A stretch of 62,866 bases of DNA, the filler included, from Basidiobolus meristosporus CBS 931.73 (Eukaryota; Fungi; Basidiobolomycota): assembly GCA_002104905.1 (NCBI GenBank). It is 4 parts of 4 records of this genome, joined end to end, with 100 filler letters (N's around TTAATTAATTAA, not from the genome) between each part and the next. Parts side by side here need not be neighbours in the genome. Positions count along the whole stretch, not along the records: positions 21,877 to 36,099 come from MCFE01001185.1; 3 more parts are not named here. One strand, written 5' to 3'. Below are positions 24,479 to 35,892 of the stretch, in pieces. The stretch's first letter is position 1. Each line of letters starts with the position of its first letter. Made by a program: the position numbers and the translations under genes. The notes under the pieces were generated by a model. The model searched no databases, was not told where the DNA came from, and saw nothing but the letters and a program-made list of their open reading frames with translations.

Positions 24479-27400
24479 TGTTGTAAGAGTCTTGGAGATA
24501 TTGGAAGTGATTGGGAGAACAAGTAGATTATGTGGTTTTCACTTAATGATATATTGATTGTAAAAGTAGTATTTATACTTTTACCAAGTCTTGGCATAAC
24601 AAGCACATAGAATAGGTTAAGGAAGGTCCCAAAAACATGTGTGCAAAGTTTGGGGCTGTTTGGACAACTTTGAGAATTTTCATGTTCTGGGTACCTGGTA
24701 TTTTGGTGAAAATATTCTAAGTAAATCCTGACAAGGAATTTGGTCAGTATTTTCTAGGATTTGAAGGTAATGATCTAAGTGACTAAGTTAGGTGAATATT
24801 TAGGTGGAATTACGAATTTTTTACAACACTCCCACTCAGCTAAATGTTCATACTAACTAGTCCTAATTTTGACTTAAGATATTCAAACTTGTCTCTAGCT
24901 AATGGTTTGGTAAAAATGTCTGCAATCATTTCATCTGTAGGACAGTAAACTAAGCTAACTAAGTTATTCTCTATAGCTTCACGTATGAAATGATGTCTAA
25001 TATCTATGTGCTTGGTTCTAGCATGAAAAGTTGGATTTCTACTTAATTATATACATCCTTGATTATCTTGAAATAAAGTAATAGGCGTTTTTTGACATAG
25101 GCCTAAATCTGTAAGCAGCTTTCTTAACCACATTGCTTCTTTTGTAGCTTCACAGGCTGCCATATACTCTGCCTCTGTGGTGGAAAGTGCTACGGTTGGT
25201 TGCTTTCTTGAATTCCATGAAATTGCTCCTTTACAATAAAGAAAGGTGTATCCTGTGGTGGATCTTCTGTCTTCCAAATTTCGTCCCCAATCTGCATCAG
25301 AGTATCCCACAAGATCCTGTTCTGAGTCCTTATAAGTGTATCTTAAGCAAATATCAGCAGTTCCTTTTAGGTATCTAAAAATCCGCTTAACTGCTGCAAT
25401 ATGATCAGATCCATAGTTCTGATTATGTTGGCTGACAACTCCCACTGAATATGAGATATCTGGACGTGTTCCAAGCATGATATACATCAGACTGCCGACC
25501 ATAGATTGATAAGGAAAGTCAGGGCTTTCTGATGGCACCAAGCTCTCTTGATTTGGTTGAGTTTTGACCAAGTTAAGGTTTGTCTCCATTGGGGTAGCTG
25601 CTGGTTTACAGTCTTCCATTTTGTACTTCTTTAGTATATCTTGAATATACTTGGATTGGCTTAGGGTAATAGTCTGGGTACTTCTGTCTATGGAAAACTT
25701 AATCCCTAAGTAGTAACTAAGTTCTCCTAAATCAGACATCTTGAACTCCTTAGAAAGGCTGGATTTAGTCTCTTCCAATGTTTCTAGGTTATTGGTGGCT
25801 ATAATAAGATCATCCACATATAGAGCTAATAGAACTGGATTTGCTCTATCTGGCTTATAGTATATACTATAGTCAGCATTACTTCTTTTGAAACTCAAGG
25901 ATTCCAAATAAGAATCTATCTTGCAATTCCAGGCTGTTGGTGATTGTTTGAGACCATATAGTGACTTTTTAAAGCTTGCAGACCAAATGGGGGTTATCTT
26001 GGTCAACAAACCCATCAGGCTGGTCCATATACACGTCCTCATCAAGTTCTCCATTCAAAAATGCAGTTTTTACATCCATTTGATGAATAAAAAACTTATA
26101 TTTGGCTGCAATAGCCAATATTAATCTGATGGAATTAAACTTGGCTACCGGTGCAAAGGTCTCAGTATAGTCAAGTCCTTTTGTTTGAGAGTATCCTTTG
26201 GCTGCAAGTCTTGCTTTGTATCTTTCAATTGTGCCATCAGCCTTGTATTTTGTCCTGAAGACCGATCTGCATCCAATTGATTTTTGGTTGATTGGTAATT
26301 TGACTAAGTCCCAAGTTTGATTTTCCATCAGGGCCTGATATTCCTCAGTCATTGCAGATCTCCAAAACATTGTCTGAGGGCTATTTAGGGCCTCTTTTAC
26401 AGTCTGGGGTTCAGCAATATGGACTGAATAGGCATAGGCTATGTTTGTACCCTCATTGATATAGTAATTTGGGCTATTTCTTGTCCGATTTGATCTCCGG
26501 GCATTTGATACTGGAATGATCACTTCTGGGATATTTCTGGGCACTGATTCTGGCTGAACCATGGTTGTGGAGTCCTCTGGAGTGAAAAATTTTCATTGTT
26601 TTGCTCTGATTCAATCCTGACAATTGGTGGACTTGAGATCAAATTTTTGTCATCATCTGATGTCATTTTTTGTGAAAATTATGAATTTTCATCAAACAAC
26701 ACATCCCTGGACTTGATCAGCTTCTTTGCTTTGGTATTGTAGAGTCTGTATGCCTTACTCTCATTGCAGTAGCCCAAAAATATGCATTTTACACTTTTTG
26801 GCTCAAATTTTGACTGATTTCCGACCAGTTTTTTGGCATATGCTGTACACCCAAATATTCTTAGATGTTCTGCACTTGGTCTGTATCCATACCATGCTTC
26901 AAATGGAGTAGAATCACGAAGTACTCTGTTATAACTCCTATTTTTAAGATTTACAGCAGTGGCAACTAATTCCGCCCAAAAATCATAGGATAATTTTTGA
27001 TCATGGATCATAGATCTTGCCATATCAATTATTGATCTGTTAGCTTGTTCTGCTACTCCATTTTGCTGTGGGGAGTATGGTACAGTAGTCTCTTGCTTTA
27101 TCCCATGAATTTTGCAGAAGTGGATGAAGAGTTTTGAGGTATATTCTCCACCATTGTCAGAGCGTATTTTCTTGATTTTTTCACCAGTTTCTCTCTCCAC
27201 CATGGCTTTAAACTCCCTGAACTTAGACAAAGCTTCTTCCTTTCTCTCCATGAAGTAGACCCATGTGTATCTTGTATAATCATCAATAAAAGTGATTAAA
27301 TACTTCATCCTGCCTAAGGATAAATTTTGCATAGGTCCACACAGATCTGAATGAATTAGATCTAATTTTTTCTTAGTTTTGATTAACCCAGAGCTCTTGA

Positions 27401-29166
27401 ATGGTTGTCTGGCTTGTTTCCCATATATGCAGGCTTCACAGTGCTCCAAATTAGCTGGGGGATCAATTTTTACTCCAGAAATTAGCTGATCTTTGATCAT
27501 TTTGCACAAATAATCAAAATTGATGTGCCCAAATCTCCTGTGCCAAAGCATTGGTGTTTCTTCATTTAAGTTACTTATATTGGCTTCCAGATATGATGGA
27601 ATATAAGTCAACTTGTATAGATTCTAATCTCTGATGCCCGAAGCAATATGAGCACCATTTTGATCAGTGATCCTGCATCCAGAATTGTCAAAACTGAAAC
27701 TGTGTCCTTCTGCTGTGGCCTTGTTTACAGAGAGTAGGTTCTTGGCTATTTCTGGTACATAGAGTACTTCCTTTAAAGGTCAGTGTATGGCTTCCTTCAC
27801 TACTTCTAAGGTTTACTTGGATAGTTCCTTCTCCCACTGCATCAAGTGTTCTATCGTCACCCATGAAAACCTTCTTGATTGGAATTTCTTGATATTGGGT
27901 AAAAAGTTCTTTTTGGTGTGTAAAGTGTTGAGAAGCTCCAGAGTCAATAAGCCACGTCTGAGAATCCTTGTTTGTGGTCATATTTAGTGCAGATATGAAT
28001 AGTCTATCTTCAGTTGTTGCAGCATTTCCATATTCAGGCTTCTTTTGCTGATAATCTCTCTTTTTGAAACACCGTCTGATGTGTGTCCTTTCCTTTTGCA
28101 GTAGTTGCAAAATAGGTTGCTGTTGCCTTTGTAGGGTCTTGGGTACCTCCTTTGTTGGTTATCATTGCTTATTAAAGCATTCTCTTCTTCCTTCTTATTG
28201 GAGCTTGATTTTCTTAATTCTTCATCCAGGAGCCTTCCATATACGTAATTTAAGGTCAAATCTTCAGTTCTGGACTCTAGGGCTGATACAAGGCCCTGAA
28301 ACTTGTCTGTCAGGCTATTCAGGATGGTAACTATCACATCCTCATCAGTAGTTGGTACACCCACAGATTCCATCTCATCTACCAGCAGGGTAATTCTGTT
28401 AATTAGATTTTTCATTTCTTCTCCTGGCAGCATCTTTGTAGTAAAGAATTTTCTTCTCAGATACATTTTCTTGGCAGCTGAACATGACTGGTAGGTGTCT
28501 TCTAATGCCTTCCAGGCATTCTTTGCCGTTTTTGCTCTTGAGCATTGAATTAGCAATTTGTCCTTGACATTAAGGCAAATGCAGTTAAAGGCACTTTGTT
28601 CTTTCTTCTGGTACTTCAAGGCTTCCTCTCCCACGTTTTTAGGAGGGCATTCTTCTCCCATGACAATATCCCAAAGGCCTCTTTCTTGTAGCAGCATCTT
28701 CATCTTCACCTTCCACACTTGGTAGTTAGATCCATCCAACTTTTCAGCAGAGGGAAAAATTCCAGTAATAGCAGTAAGTAGACATTGCAGAGAGTGACAG
28801 CTTGGGGCTCATAACCTGTTGTAAGAGTCTTGGAGATATTGGAAGTGATTGGGAGAACAAGTAGATTATGTGGTTTTCACTTGATGATATATTGATTATA
28901 AAAGTAGTATTTATACTTTTACCAAGTCTTGGCATAACAAACACGTAGAATAGGTTAAGGAAGGTCCCAAGAACATGTGTGCAAAGTTTGGGGCTGTTTG
29001 GACAACTTTGAGAATTTTCATGTTCTGGGTACCTGGTATTTTGGTGAAAATATTCTAAGTAAATCCCGACAAGGAATTTGGTCAGTATTCTCTAGGATTT
29101 GAAGGTAATGATCTAAGTGACTAAGTTAGGTGAATATTTAGGTGGAATTACGAATTTGTTACAACA
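24479..29166 (-). mobile_element. Full-length Ty1/copia element copy 2 (4688 bp), frameshifted
   Basis: LTRs 24479-24828 and 28817-29166 (about 8 differences in 350 bp by hand), TSD ATGGA, PBS GGTTATGAGCCC and PPT. gag 27984-28739, protease 27688-28110, integrase 26679-27611, RT 25969-26562 and 25047-26054. Confidence 0.97.
28805..28816 (-). promoter_or_regulatory. Primer-binding site GGTTATGAGCCC (half-tRNA-iMet type)
   Basis: Immediately follows the 5' LTR. The same motif follows the LTR at 57670, with variants at 6662 and ~56885-56897. Confidence 0.7.
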
Positions 29167-29493
29167 ATGGAAAACTTGTCAAGCATAGTGCAGTTGCTAG
29201 AAGTAAGAAAAAGGAGTGGTGAGCCAAATGCCAAGACAGGGAAGACAAACTGCATATGTAGAAGCTGGCAGTTGGGGGCTGAAGTTGTAGGTGGATTGAC
29301 AGCTAGTAGCTTGTAGAGTGTTTGTCTTTCCTGGGTGATTCTCTTCTTCAGGTGTGCTCCAGAGTCTAGTCCAGTAGGAAGGAGTGGAAAGCCATGATAT
29401 GTGAAGAAACCTGAGCAGGTAGAGTGCAGCTCTCTAGGTATATTGGACTACCCAGAGGCACTGTCTTGGCAATGGAAGTCTGAAGATAATTTG

Positions 29494-30127
29494 AGTTGTC
29501 CATCAGCATTTAAAACTTAGCCAATTATACTCCATTAGAAAATTTAGTACCCTAACTGATTTTCCCTGATCCAAACATAATTAATCCCAGTTATGGTTTA
29601 TTTTATCTCATTTCAGTATCTATCATTAGCTATTACACCTGATCAACTCTCATATGGCTATTATGCTATCAAGTTATCTGCCAAGCCTTCTCAGGTGGTT
29701 AGTCAACTGAGATCTATCCAACAACTTAGCAGTTGCCAAGACATCAGCTGACTAATGAAGCAGTTTTAATTTATCTTATGCACTTATCAGCACCCTATAT
29801 ATTTGAATTAGTCCAGTCTCTTTGGGATTACTAATTCAACTTGTCTAGAAAAGTATAAATAAGGTTTCCTGAACCATTTGGTTTAGTGTGTGTCTCAACA
29901 AAATTAAGATTGTGTCTCTGCAAATCAAGAACTCAACAATTACCTTCTAGCTTCCAACAAGCCTAGAATATCTATCACTCCCAAGAACACCAAGCCTAAG
30001 CTGCATAGCAACCAACTTGTTTGCCTTTATAGCCAAACCAGCTATATACAAGACCAATATTACACCAGAACCTCTCTACTAAAATTTCTGCCACTCTCTG
30101 ATAATTCTAAAATTCTGCACTTAGTTG
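29494..30127. repeat. Second family-X LTR, truncated ~65 bp before its end by telomeric repeats
   Basis: Aligns to 23745-~24377 up to ...ctgcactta(g/a)ttg, then switches to TTAGGTTTAGGGTTAGGG. Confidence 0.8.
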
Positions 30128-30145
30128 TTAGGTTTAGGGTTAGGG
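30128..30145 (+). repeat. Short telomeric seed TTAGG-TTTAGGG-TTAGGG
   Basis: Read directly, between the broken LTR and the 3' end of retroelement copy T2. Confidence 0.85.
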
Positions 30146-31250
30146 GAGGGAAAGTCACCAAGTTGGTGAAATCTTTATTTGAGTTAAGAAGTAATCTAAG
30201 TACAAATAAAGAAGCCAATTAAGAGGTCTAGAACCTCTCTAATAAGTAATCTAATTTATGTTTTGTTTCATCTCTAATGTTTGTTTCAATAAAGTAAAGC
30301 TCATCAGGGGTAAATATAAAATTCAGGGGTTTTGGGGGGAGTACAAATTGTAGATGTTTCTGATCAATATAATCCAAGACTGGAACCCAGCCTGGGATTA
30401 GGTGTAGTAGGAAAGGTGTGTGGACTTGTAAGTAGCTCTGCCACATAGATCTTAGATGGTCCTGAGCCAGTAGTCTTGGTTTCTCAGCTTTTTGAAGTTT
30501 TGAAGCATGCTCTGTTACTACAGCAGAGCCAACCAGGTTGTGCCAGCAAGAAGATTTCAGGAGGAGTTAGTTTGAAGCCATTGTTTGATGGAGGGGTTAT
30601 GTGATTTCTGAAGTTTGACTAGGAAGGAAGCACAGTGATAGATCATTCAAATTTGGTATGGGTAGAACCCAAAGGCTCCATTAGTTGCATGGATATAGGG
30701 AGATACTGGAAGATAAGGTACCAAGGATCTGATACACTGATGGAGAAATTTATCCAGGCGGTGAAGCTCTCTGGAGGTTAGGGGTATAATGTGGAGACCA
30801 AATTCAAGTACCGGCAGTACATACTGCTTCAGAAGTATAGAGATCTTTTGAATTGGAGTGTCTGGAGTGACTACTACCAGAAGCTTTTTGAGAGCCTGTT
30901 GGGCAAGACGGATCCTATTATTCAGGTGGAGCTTTGAGTCAATCCCATGTTGACAAAACGGCAGGCCTAGATACATTGCAGTTTGTTGTGGCAGAATGCT
31001 AGTGTTCTGTATAGTTGTAGTGCACCCAATTGGGACTGTCTTGGAAATTGAGAGTGAGAGGTTGTTGGCAGCCAAGTACTTCTCAATGATGGCAGTGTCT
31101 GCTATGGGATTAGGAGTAGCAATCTTGATATCATCCACATAGAGAGTTAGTAGTGGATAGGGAGAGTCTGGTGAGGGGCCTTTTGGAAATAAAGGAAAGT
31201 CATGTAGGAATATCACAAATAGTAAGGGACCTAGTACAGATCCTTGGACT
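30143..31250 (-). mobile_element. 5'-truncated non-LTR retrotransposon copy T2 (~1.1 kb: RT C-terminus and 3' UTR)
   Basis: Near-identical to 31267-32379. ORFs 30647-31216 (YVDD) and 30228-30446 are broken by mutations. Truncated inside the GVVQGSVLGP motif. Confidence 0.93.
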
Positions 31251-31266
31251 TAGGGTAGGGTTAGGG
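31250..31266 (+). repeat. Short telomeric seed TTAGGG-TAGGG-TTAGGG between copies T2 and T1
   Basis: Read directly: ...tccttggac TTAGGG TAGGG TTAGGG taggggggagggaaag. Confidence 0.9.
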
Positions 31267-31355
31267 TAGGGGGGAGGGAAAGTCACCAAGTTGGTGAAAT
31301 CTTTATTTGAGTTAAGAACTAATCTAGGTACAAATAAAGAAGCCAATTAAGAGGT

Positions 31356-34121
31356 CTAGAACCTCTCTAATAAGTAATCTAATTTATGTTTTGTTTCATC
31401 TCTAATGTTTGTTTCAATAAAGTAAAGCTCATCAGGGGTAAATATAAAATTCAGGGGTTTTGGGGGGAGTACAAATTGTAGATGTTTCTGATCAATATAA
31501 TCCAAGACTGGAACCCAGCCTGGGATTAGGTGTAGTAGGAAAGGTGTGTGGACTTGTAAGTAGCTCTGCCATATAGATCTTAGATGGTCCTGAGCCAGTA
31601 GTCTTGGTTTTTCAGCTTTTCGGAGTTTTGAAGCAAGCTCTGGTACTACAGCAGAGCCAACCAGGGTGTGCCAGCAAGAAGATTTCAGGGAGGAGTAGGA
31701 TTGAAGCCATTGTTTGATGGAGGGGTTATGTGATTTCTGAAGTTTGACTAGGAAGGAAGCACGGAGATAGACCATTCGGATTTGGTATGGGTAGAAGCCA
31801 AAGGCTCCATTAGTTGCATGGATATCGGGAGATACTGGAAGATAAGGTACCAAGGATCTGATACACTGATGGAGAAATTTATCCAGGCGGTGAAGTTCTC
31901 TGGAGGTTAGGGGTATAATGTGGAGACCAAATTCAAGTACCGGCAGTACATACTGCTTCAGAAGTATAGGGATCTTTTGAATTGGAGTGTCTGGAGTGAC
32001 TACTACCAGAAGCTTTTTGAGAGCCTGCTGGGCAAGATGGATCCTATTATTCAGGTGGAGTTTTGAGTCAATCCCATGTTGACAAAATGGCAGACCTAGA
32101 TATATTGCAGTTTGTTGTGGCAGAATGCTAGTGTTCTGTATAGTTGTAGTGCATCCAATTGGGACTGTCTTGGAAATTGAGAGTGAGAGGTTGTTGGCAG
32201 CCAAGTACTTCTCAACAATGGCAGTGTCTGCTATGGGATTAGGAGTAGCAATCTTGATATCATCCGCATAGAGAGTTAGTAGTGGATAGGGAGAGTCTGG
32301 TGAGGGGCCTTTTGGAAATAAAGGAAAGTCATGTAGGAATATCACAAATAGTAAGGGACCTAGTACAGATCCTTGGACTACTCCATTTGGAACCTCATAA
32401 GTCTCTGATGTACAACTTGGATGCAAAATTTTGGCTGAGTTCTCACAAAATAGAGAACGTACAAGAAGGGTCATTGGTAGCGTGGTAACTGCTAATAGCT
32501 TTCTCCAAAGCAGAGCTCTGTCCACAGAGTCAAAGGCTTTAGTAATGTCAAACAGAATGGTTGGCAATGAGAATTGAAGTGAATGATCATGGCTTAGCAC
32601 TACAGCCATATCCAAGGAGAGTTTGGGCAAGAAGCCAAACTGAGAAGGATGGAATGGATATAGTTGAGATTGCAAGGATCTTGCTATTATAAGCTCAAAG
32701 ATTTTCCTGCAGGTTGGTAGGAGTGAAACTGGCCGGTAAGAACCTGGGAGTGAGTGTTTCCCCTTCCCTTTGTATAAGGGTATTACATTTGCCTGTGACC
32801 AGGTCTTTGGGGTAGTCAATTGTTGGGCACAGATAGAGTAGAATGGGAGAAGTAAGTGACTCATTTTGGAGTAGCACACCCGGAGTAGATTGTAGGTAAT
32901 CAAGTCATGTCCAGGTGCAGTATTTGCAGGAAGCTTCTTTAAAATTTTCTCCAGAAGCTTTGCTGAAACCAAAATTGGAGATGTTGGACTGCTAGATATG
33001 TTACCAGTATGGTAGAAAGGAGGAGTGGGATGCACGGTTGAATCAAAGAATATAGGGGCCAGTTTGTCTGGTGATGGTATACTCCTTGCTTGGGGTCTCA
33101 TGGCTTTATATACTCTTGATATGGACCTTGTGGTGGCATTCATATTTACTAAGGGCAAGGTATCCATGATATGAGCCCATAATCTAGTATGCTCAGTGAT
33201 CTGTAGTGACTTGGAGTAGGAGATTGTGCTTTCCAGGAGGTTCTGTGTTTTTGGGTTAGGGAAACATAGGTAGCTGGAATTTAAGGCAGAAATGATGGAT
33301 TTCCATTTAAGTTGGTTTGCAGATGGCTTTTGGTAGGACTTGGTGGGCAGGGCCAAACAGCCAGTGATTATGATGAAATGCTGGTAAAATAGCCATAATG
33401 CATTTATATCATCACAAATCCATGCAGGTAAGCTGGGAAATGCATATTCTGTAAGCAAGGGTAGGTAGTTGGCAAAGTCCTGTGTCTGTGATACTGAAGC
33501 TTTGGCTGGCAGGATTGTAAATGGCTGAAGAAGGGTGCCAATTGGTAGGGTTTTTCTGGCAGAAATGATAATATGTATTGGCTTGTGATCAGATTTCTCT
33601 AGTGAACCACAGCTGATATCCTCTGGAATGCTTGTAACCTGGTGGATGTAATGTAAGGCAGCTGGAGTAGCTGTTACCCAGTCAACACAACGTGGAGCTT
33701 GCTGAGTGTTTACAGTGACCAGATGGTTTTGTCGGAGGAACTTTGTAAAGTGCTCCTCTTGGGTTCTAAGTCTGGATGAAATAGTGGTGATATTTTCAGG
33801 GTGGGGAATATTTATATCTCCCACTACCATACAAGGGATTGATGAGCTGTTAATGAATTCTGATGTGGCCAAGAAAATTGCCAGTGTTATGGAGTTAGAC
33901 AGAGATGGAGGGAGATAGATAATAATGGCTACTATACTTGGAAGTGTTAGAGCATAGCAGTAATACTCATAGATGATGGATACATTTGCTGAGGGTGCAA
34001 GCTTAGAGGATGAAAGAGCAACAAGTGCCATTGAGTGAGCTGGAAATCTTGGGTGAGCAGATGAATATGCATTCAGTCTAGAGGGAAGTTTTGGCAACTT
34101 AACATCAATTAGTAGGAGCAA
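31356..34121 (-). CDS. AP-endonuclease plus reverse transcriptase (ORF2); true N-terminus lies beyond the solo LTR at ~35425-35452
   Basis: APE motifs IIIYLPP, VVGDIN, CVDWV and SDHKPI. RT motifs PGHDLI, YRPVSLL, QFGF, FDITKAFDSV, GVVQGSVLGPLLF, YADD and YLG. Removing the LTR joins LQNILLLNCNSITPTVAELENLLKKEYS in frame. Confidence 0.92.
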   Translation of the reverse strand: MLLLIDVKLPKLPSRLNAYSSAHPRFPAHSMALVALSSSKLAPSANVSIIYEYYCYALTLPSIVAIIIYLPPSLSNSITLAIFLATSEFINSSSIPCMVVGDINIPHPENITTISSRLRTQEEHFTKFLRQNHLVTVNTQQAPRCVDWVTATPAALHYIHQVTSIPEDISCGSLEKSDHKPIHIIISARKTLPIGTLLQPFTILPAKASVSQTQDFANYLPLLTEYAFPSLPAWICDDINALWLFYQHFIIITGCLALPTKSYQKPSANQLKWKSIISALNSSYLCFPNPKTQNLLESTISYSKSLQITEHTRLWAHIMDTLPLVNMNATTRSISRVYKAMRPQARSIPSPDKLAPIFFDSTVHPTPPFYHTGNISSSPTSPILVSAKLLEKILKKLPANTAPGHDLITYNLLRVCYSKMSHLLLPFYSICAQQLTTPKTWSQANVIPLYKGKGKHSLPGSYRPVSLLPTCRKIFELIIARSLQSQLYPFHPSQFGFLPKLSLDMAVVLSHDHSLQFSLPTILFDITKAFDSVDRALLWRKLLAVTTLPMTLLVRSLFCENSAKILHPSCTSETYEVPNGVVQGSVLGPLLFVIFLHDFPLFPKGPSPDSPYPLLTLYADDIKIATPNPIADTAIVEKYLAANNLSLSISKTVPIGCTTTIQNTSILPQQTAIYLGLPFCQHGIDSKLHLNNRIHLAQQALKKLLVVVTPDTPIQKIPILLKQYVLPVLEFGLHIIPLTSRELHRLDKFLHQCIRSLVPYLPVSPDIHATNGAFGFYPYQIRMVYLRASFLVKLQKSHNPSIKQWLQSYSSLKSSCWHTLVGSAVVPELASKLRKAEKPRLLAQDHLRSIWQSYLQVHTPFLLHLIPGWVPVLDYIDQKHLQFVLPPKPLNFIFTPDELYFIETNIRDETKHKLDYLLERF

Positions 34122-34177
34122 GGAATATTCCTTTTTCAGTAAGTTTTCTAATTCAGCTACAGTTGGAGTGATGGAGT

Positions 34178-35420
34178 TGTGGTAATGGAAAGTATTCCAT
34201 TACTACAATATCTCTAAACCAATATTGCACTCATTTCTTTATTTTGCTTTTTGCTATCGTAACACACAAGAGAAAGATCAAGAATTTCCAACTTTGAAGA
34301 GCAAATACTCCAGACCCTGACAAGCAATCCACCCAAGAATACTATGTCATACAGAACACATAGTAGCCAACACATGTTTCAAATTACAGCTCATTTGAAG
34401 CAGTACTTAAGGAGTTATGACCAAAAGAGTCCAACTATTATATATACTATGCCTTATTGCTAGGATTACTATGGTGACTTTGATCGCGTGTAACTTTCGA
34501 ACCAGCCAATCAAATCACGTGAAATTTTCACAGGTGCTGCGCCTATGTCCGATCTGCGCCACTGCAAAATTTTAGCTTCGTATCACGTGTATTGCTTGCG
34601 CAATCGCCCAAAAACTTTGATCCTTCAAAATTTTCATATATATGACTTCCCCAGCTGAAAAATAAAGGGAGAGCCTCTCTTTCCAGAATCTCCACACTAC
34701 GATTACAAGTTTAAAGGTTATAAGACTTCCCCTGCATCACTTGCACTGTTGAGTATTCTGACTTTGATCAGTACTACATCAGTAAAGAGACTGCAAAGCT
34801 CACAAGAATCCAATCTAAGTTCTACAAGAAACTACCACTTTTCTGTCGGAAAAGTCCCCTCTAAGAAACCCCTTTACTCTAAAGACACCCCTTTAGACAC
34901 CCCTTTAGTCTAAAGACCCCTTTAGAGACCCCTTTAAGAAACCCCTTTACTCTAAAGAAGCCCCTTTAGGCACCCCTTTAGTGTAAAGTCCACTTTAGAG
35001 ACCACTACAAGAAGCCCCTTTACTCTAAAGACACCCCTTTAGACACCCCTTTAGGTCTAAAGACCCCTTTAGAGACTTCTACAACACACCCCTTTAGGTT
35101 AAAGGGGAGTTCAGAATATCCATATTAGGAAATATTTTCTCAGAAAGGAAAGTGACTTCCAAATAAGGAAAAGTTACTATAAAAGTAAATAAGCCCATTA
35201 GTTGACAGAAGGTCAGAACACTGCTGTAGAAGTGATAAACACTGCCTACAGTATATTTTGAGCCTAAGATTGAGGAAATTAGTGAAAGTTATATCTTCTA
35301 TTGGTATATCAAACTCCCAATAAACTATTTCAGTATTAACATACTGGAAGTTGTTGTATATTGTTGATTAGCCTCTACATTGTAGAACAAGCCCCAAACT
35401 AATCATAATACAACACAACA
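34178..35420. repeat. Solo LTR, family B (1243 bp), with an internal CCCCTTTAG-rich tandem expansion
   Basis: TG...CA termini and 4-bp TSD GAGT. Homologous to 4163-5259 but 146 bp longer, in the repeat block at ~34860-35100. Confidence 0.88.
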
Positions 35421-35559
35421 GAGTTGCAATTGAGTAAGAGTATGTTTTGTAGTCAGGCAGACTCTGAGGTTGCCTGTTCCTGCTGAAACTCTTGCACTGC
35501 CCTTTGTAAATTTCCAGAATTATTCCACAACTCTTCAAATGGAGCTTGTGTAATGTCTT

Positions 35560-35892
35560 TCAGGATTCTAATTGCTTCCTCTTCAAGAAGTAGGCCACAT
35601 CATAGGTTGGAGCCTGTTTCTTAATGGCAGCAAAGAAAGCCATAATTGCCATGTGAGCTGGGGGCTTGTTGAATATTCCTGGCTCAGTGTCCATTGACTC
35701 TGGTGGAATGATTGTGAATTTGGTAGACACCCAGTTTAGATTTTTTGCCAGATACTTAGTCAAAGCAGTGGAGAAGTTTCTGTCCACAATCATTTCTAGG
35801 ATCTTTCCTCTTCTCCAAGCTAGGTTAACAATTTTTGAAGTGTCAATATTTAGAGAGCGGAATGTATGTCTGATGTTTGATATAGTAGTCCA
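35560..35892 (-). pseudogene. Probable ORF1 remnant of element T1, 5'-truncated at the telomere
   Basis: Frame WTTISNIRHTFRSLNIDTSKIVNLAWRRGKILEMIVDRNF... is open from the telomere junction to a TGA at 35560. It sits upstream of ORF2 on the same strand. The ORF1 identity is inferred from position only. Confidence 0.5.

Larger units (their letters stand above)
23205..29493 (-). mobile_element. Old, diverged copy of the telomeric non-LTR retrotransposon family (copy T3), split by a solo LTR and a full copia
   Basis: 3' end TAGGGGGGAGAAAGTCACCAATTGGTGAAATCTTTATT matches 31267-31307. Hand translations AFRFMPYKMKLLYLRAR...NPLIK...SCWRTILG (~23570-23745) and TSIAKTVPLG...YHGFPLLPTGLDSGAHL...QFVFPVLAFG...LDKF (29167-29490) align to the C-terminal part of ORF 31356-34121. 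Confidence 0.8.

Noticed and set aside
31356-34121. Penelope-like (Athena/Coprina), group II intron, retron or TERT identity for the RT
   Set aside because: The N-terminal APE motifs and LINE-type RT motifs fit an APE non-LTR element; no GIY-YIG, maturase or TERT features are visible.
34855-35105. CRISPR-like array
   Set aside because: Degenerate tandem units without unique spacers, inside an LTR in a eukaryotic genome, and no cas genes.
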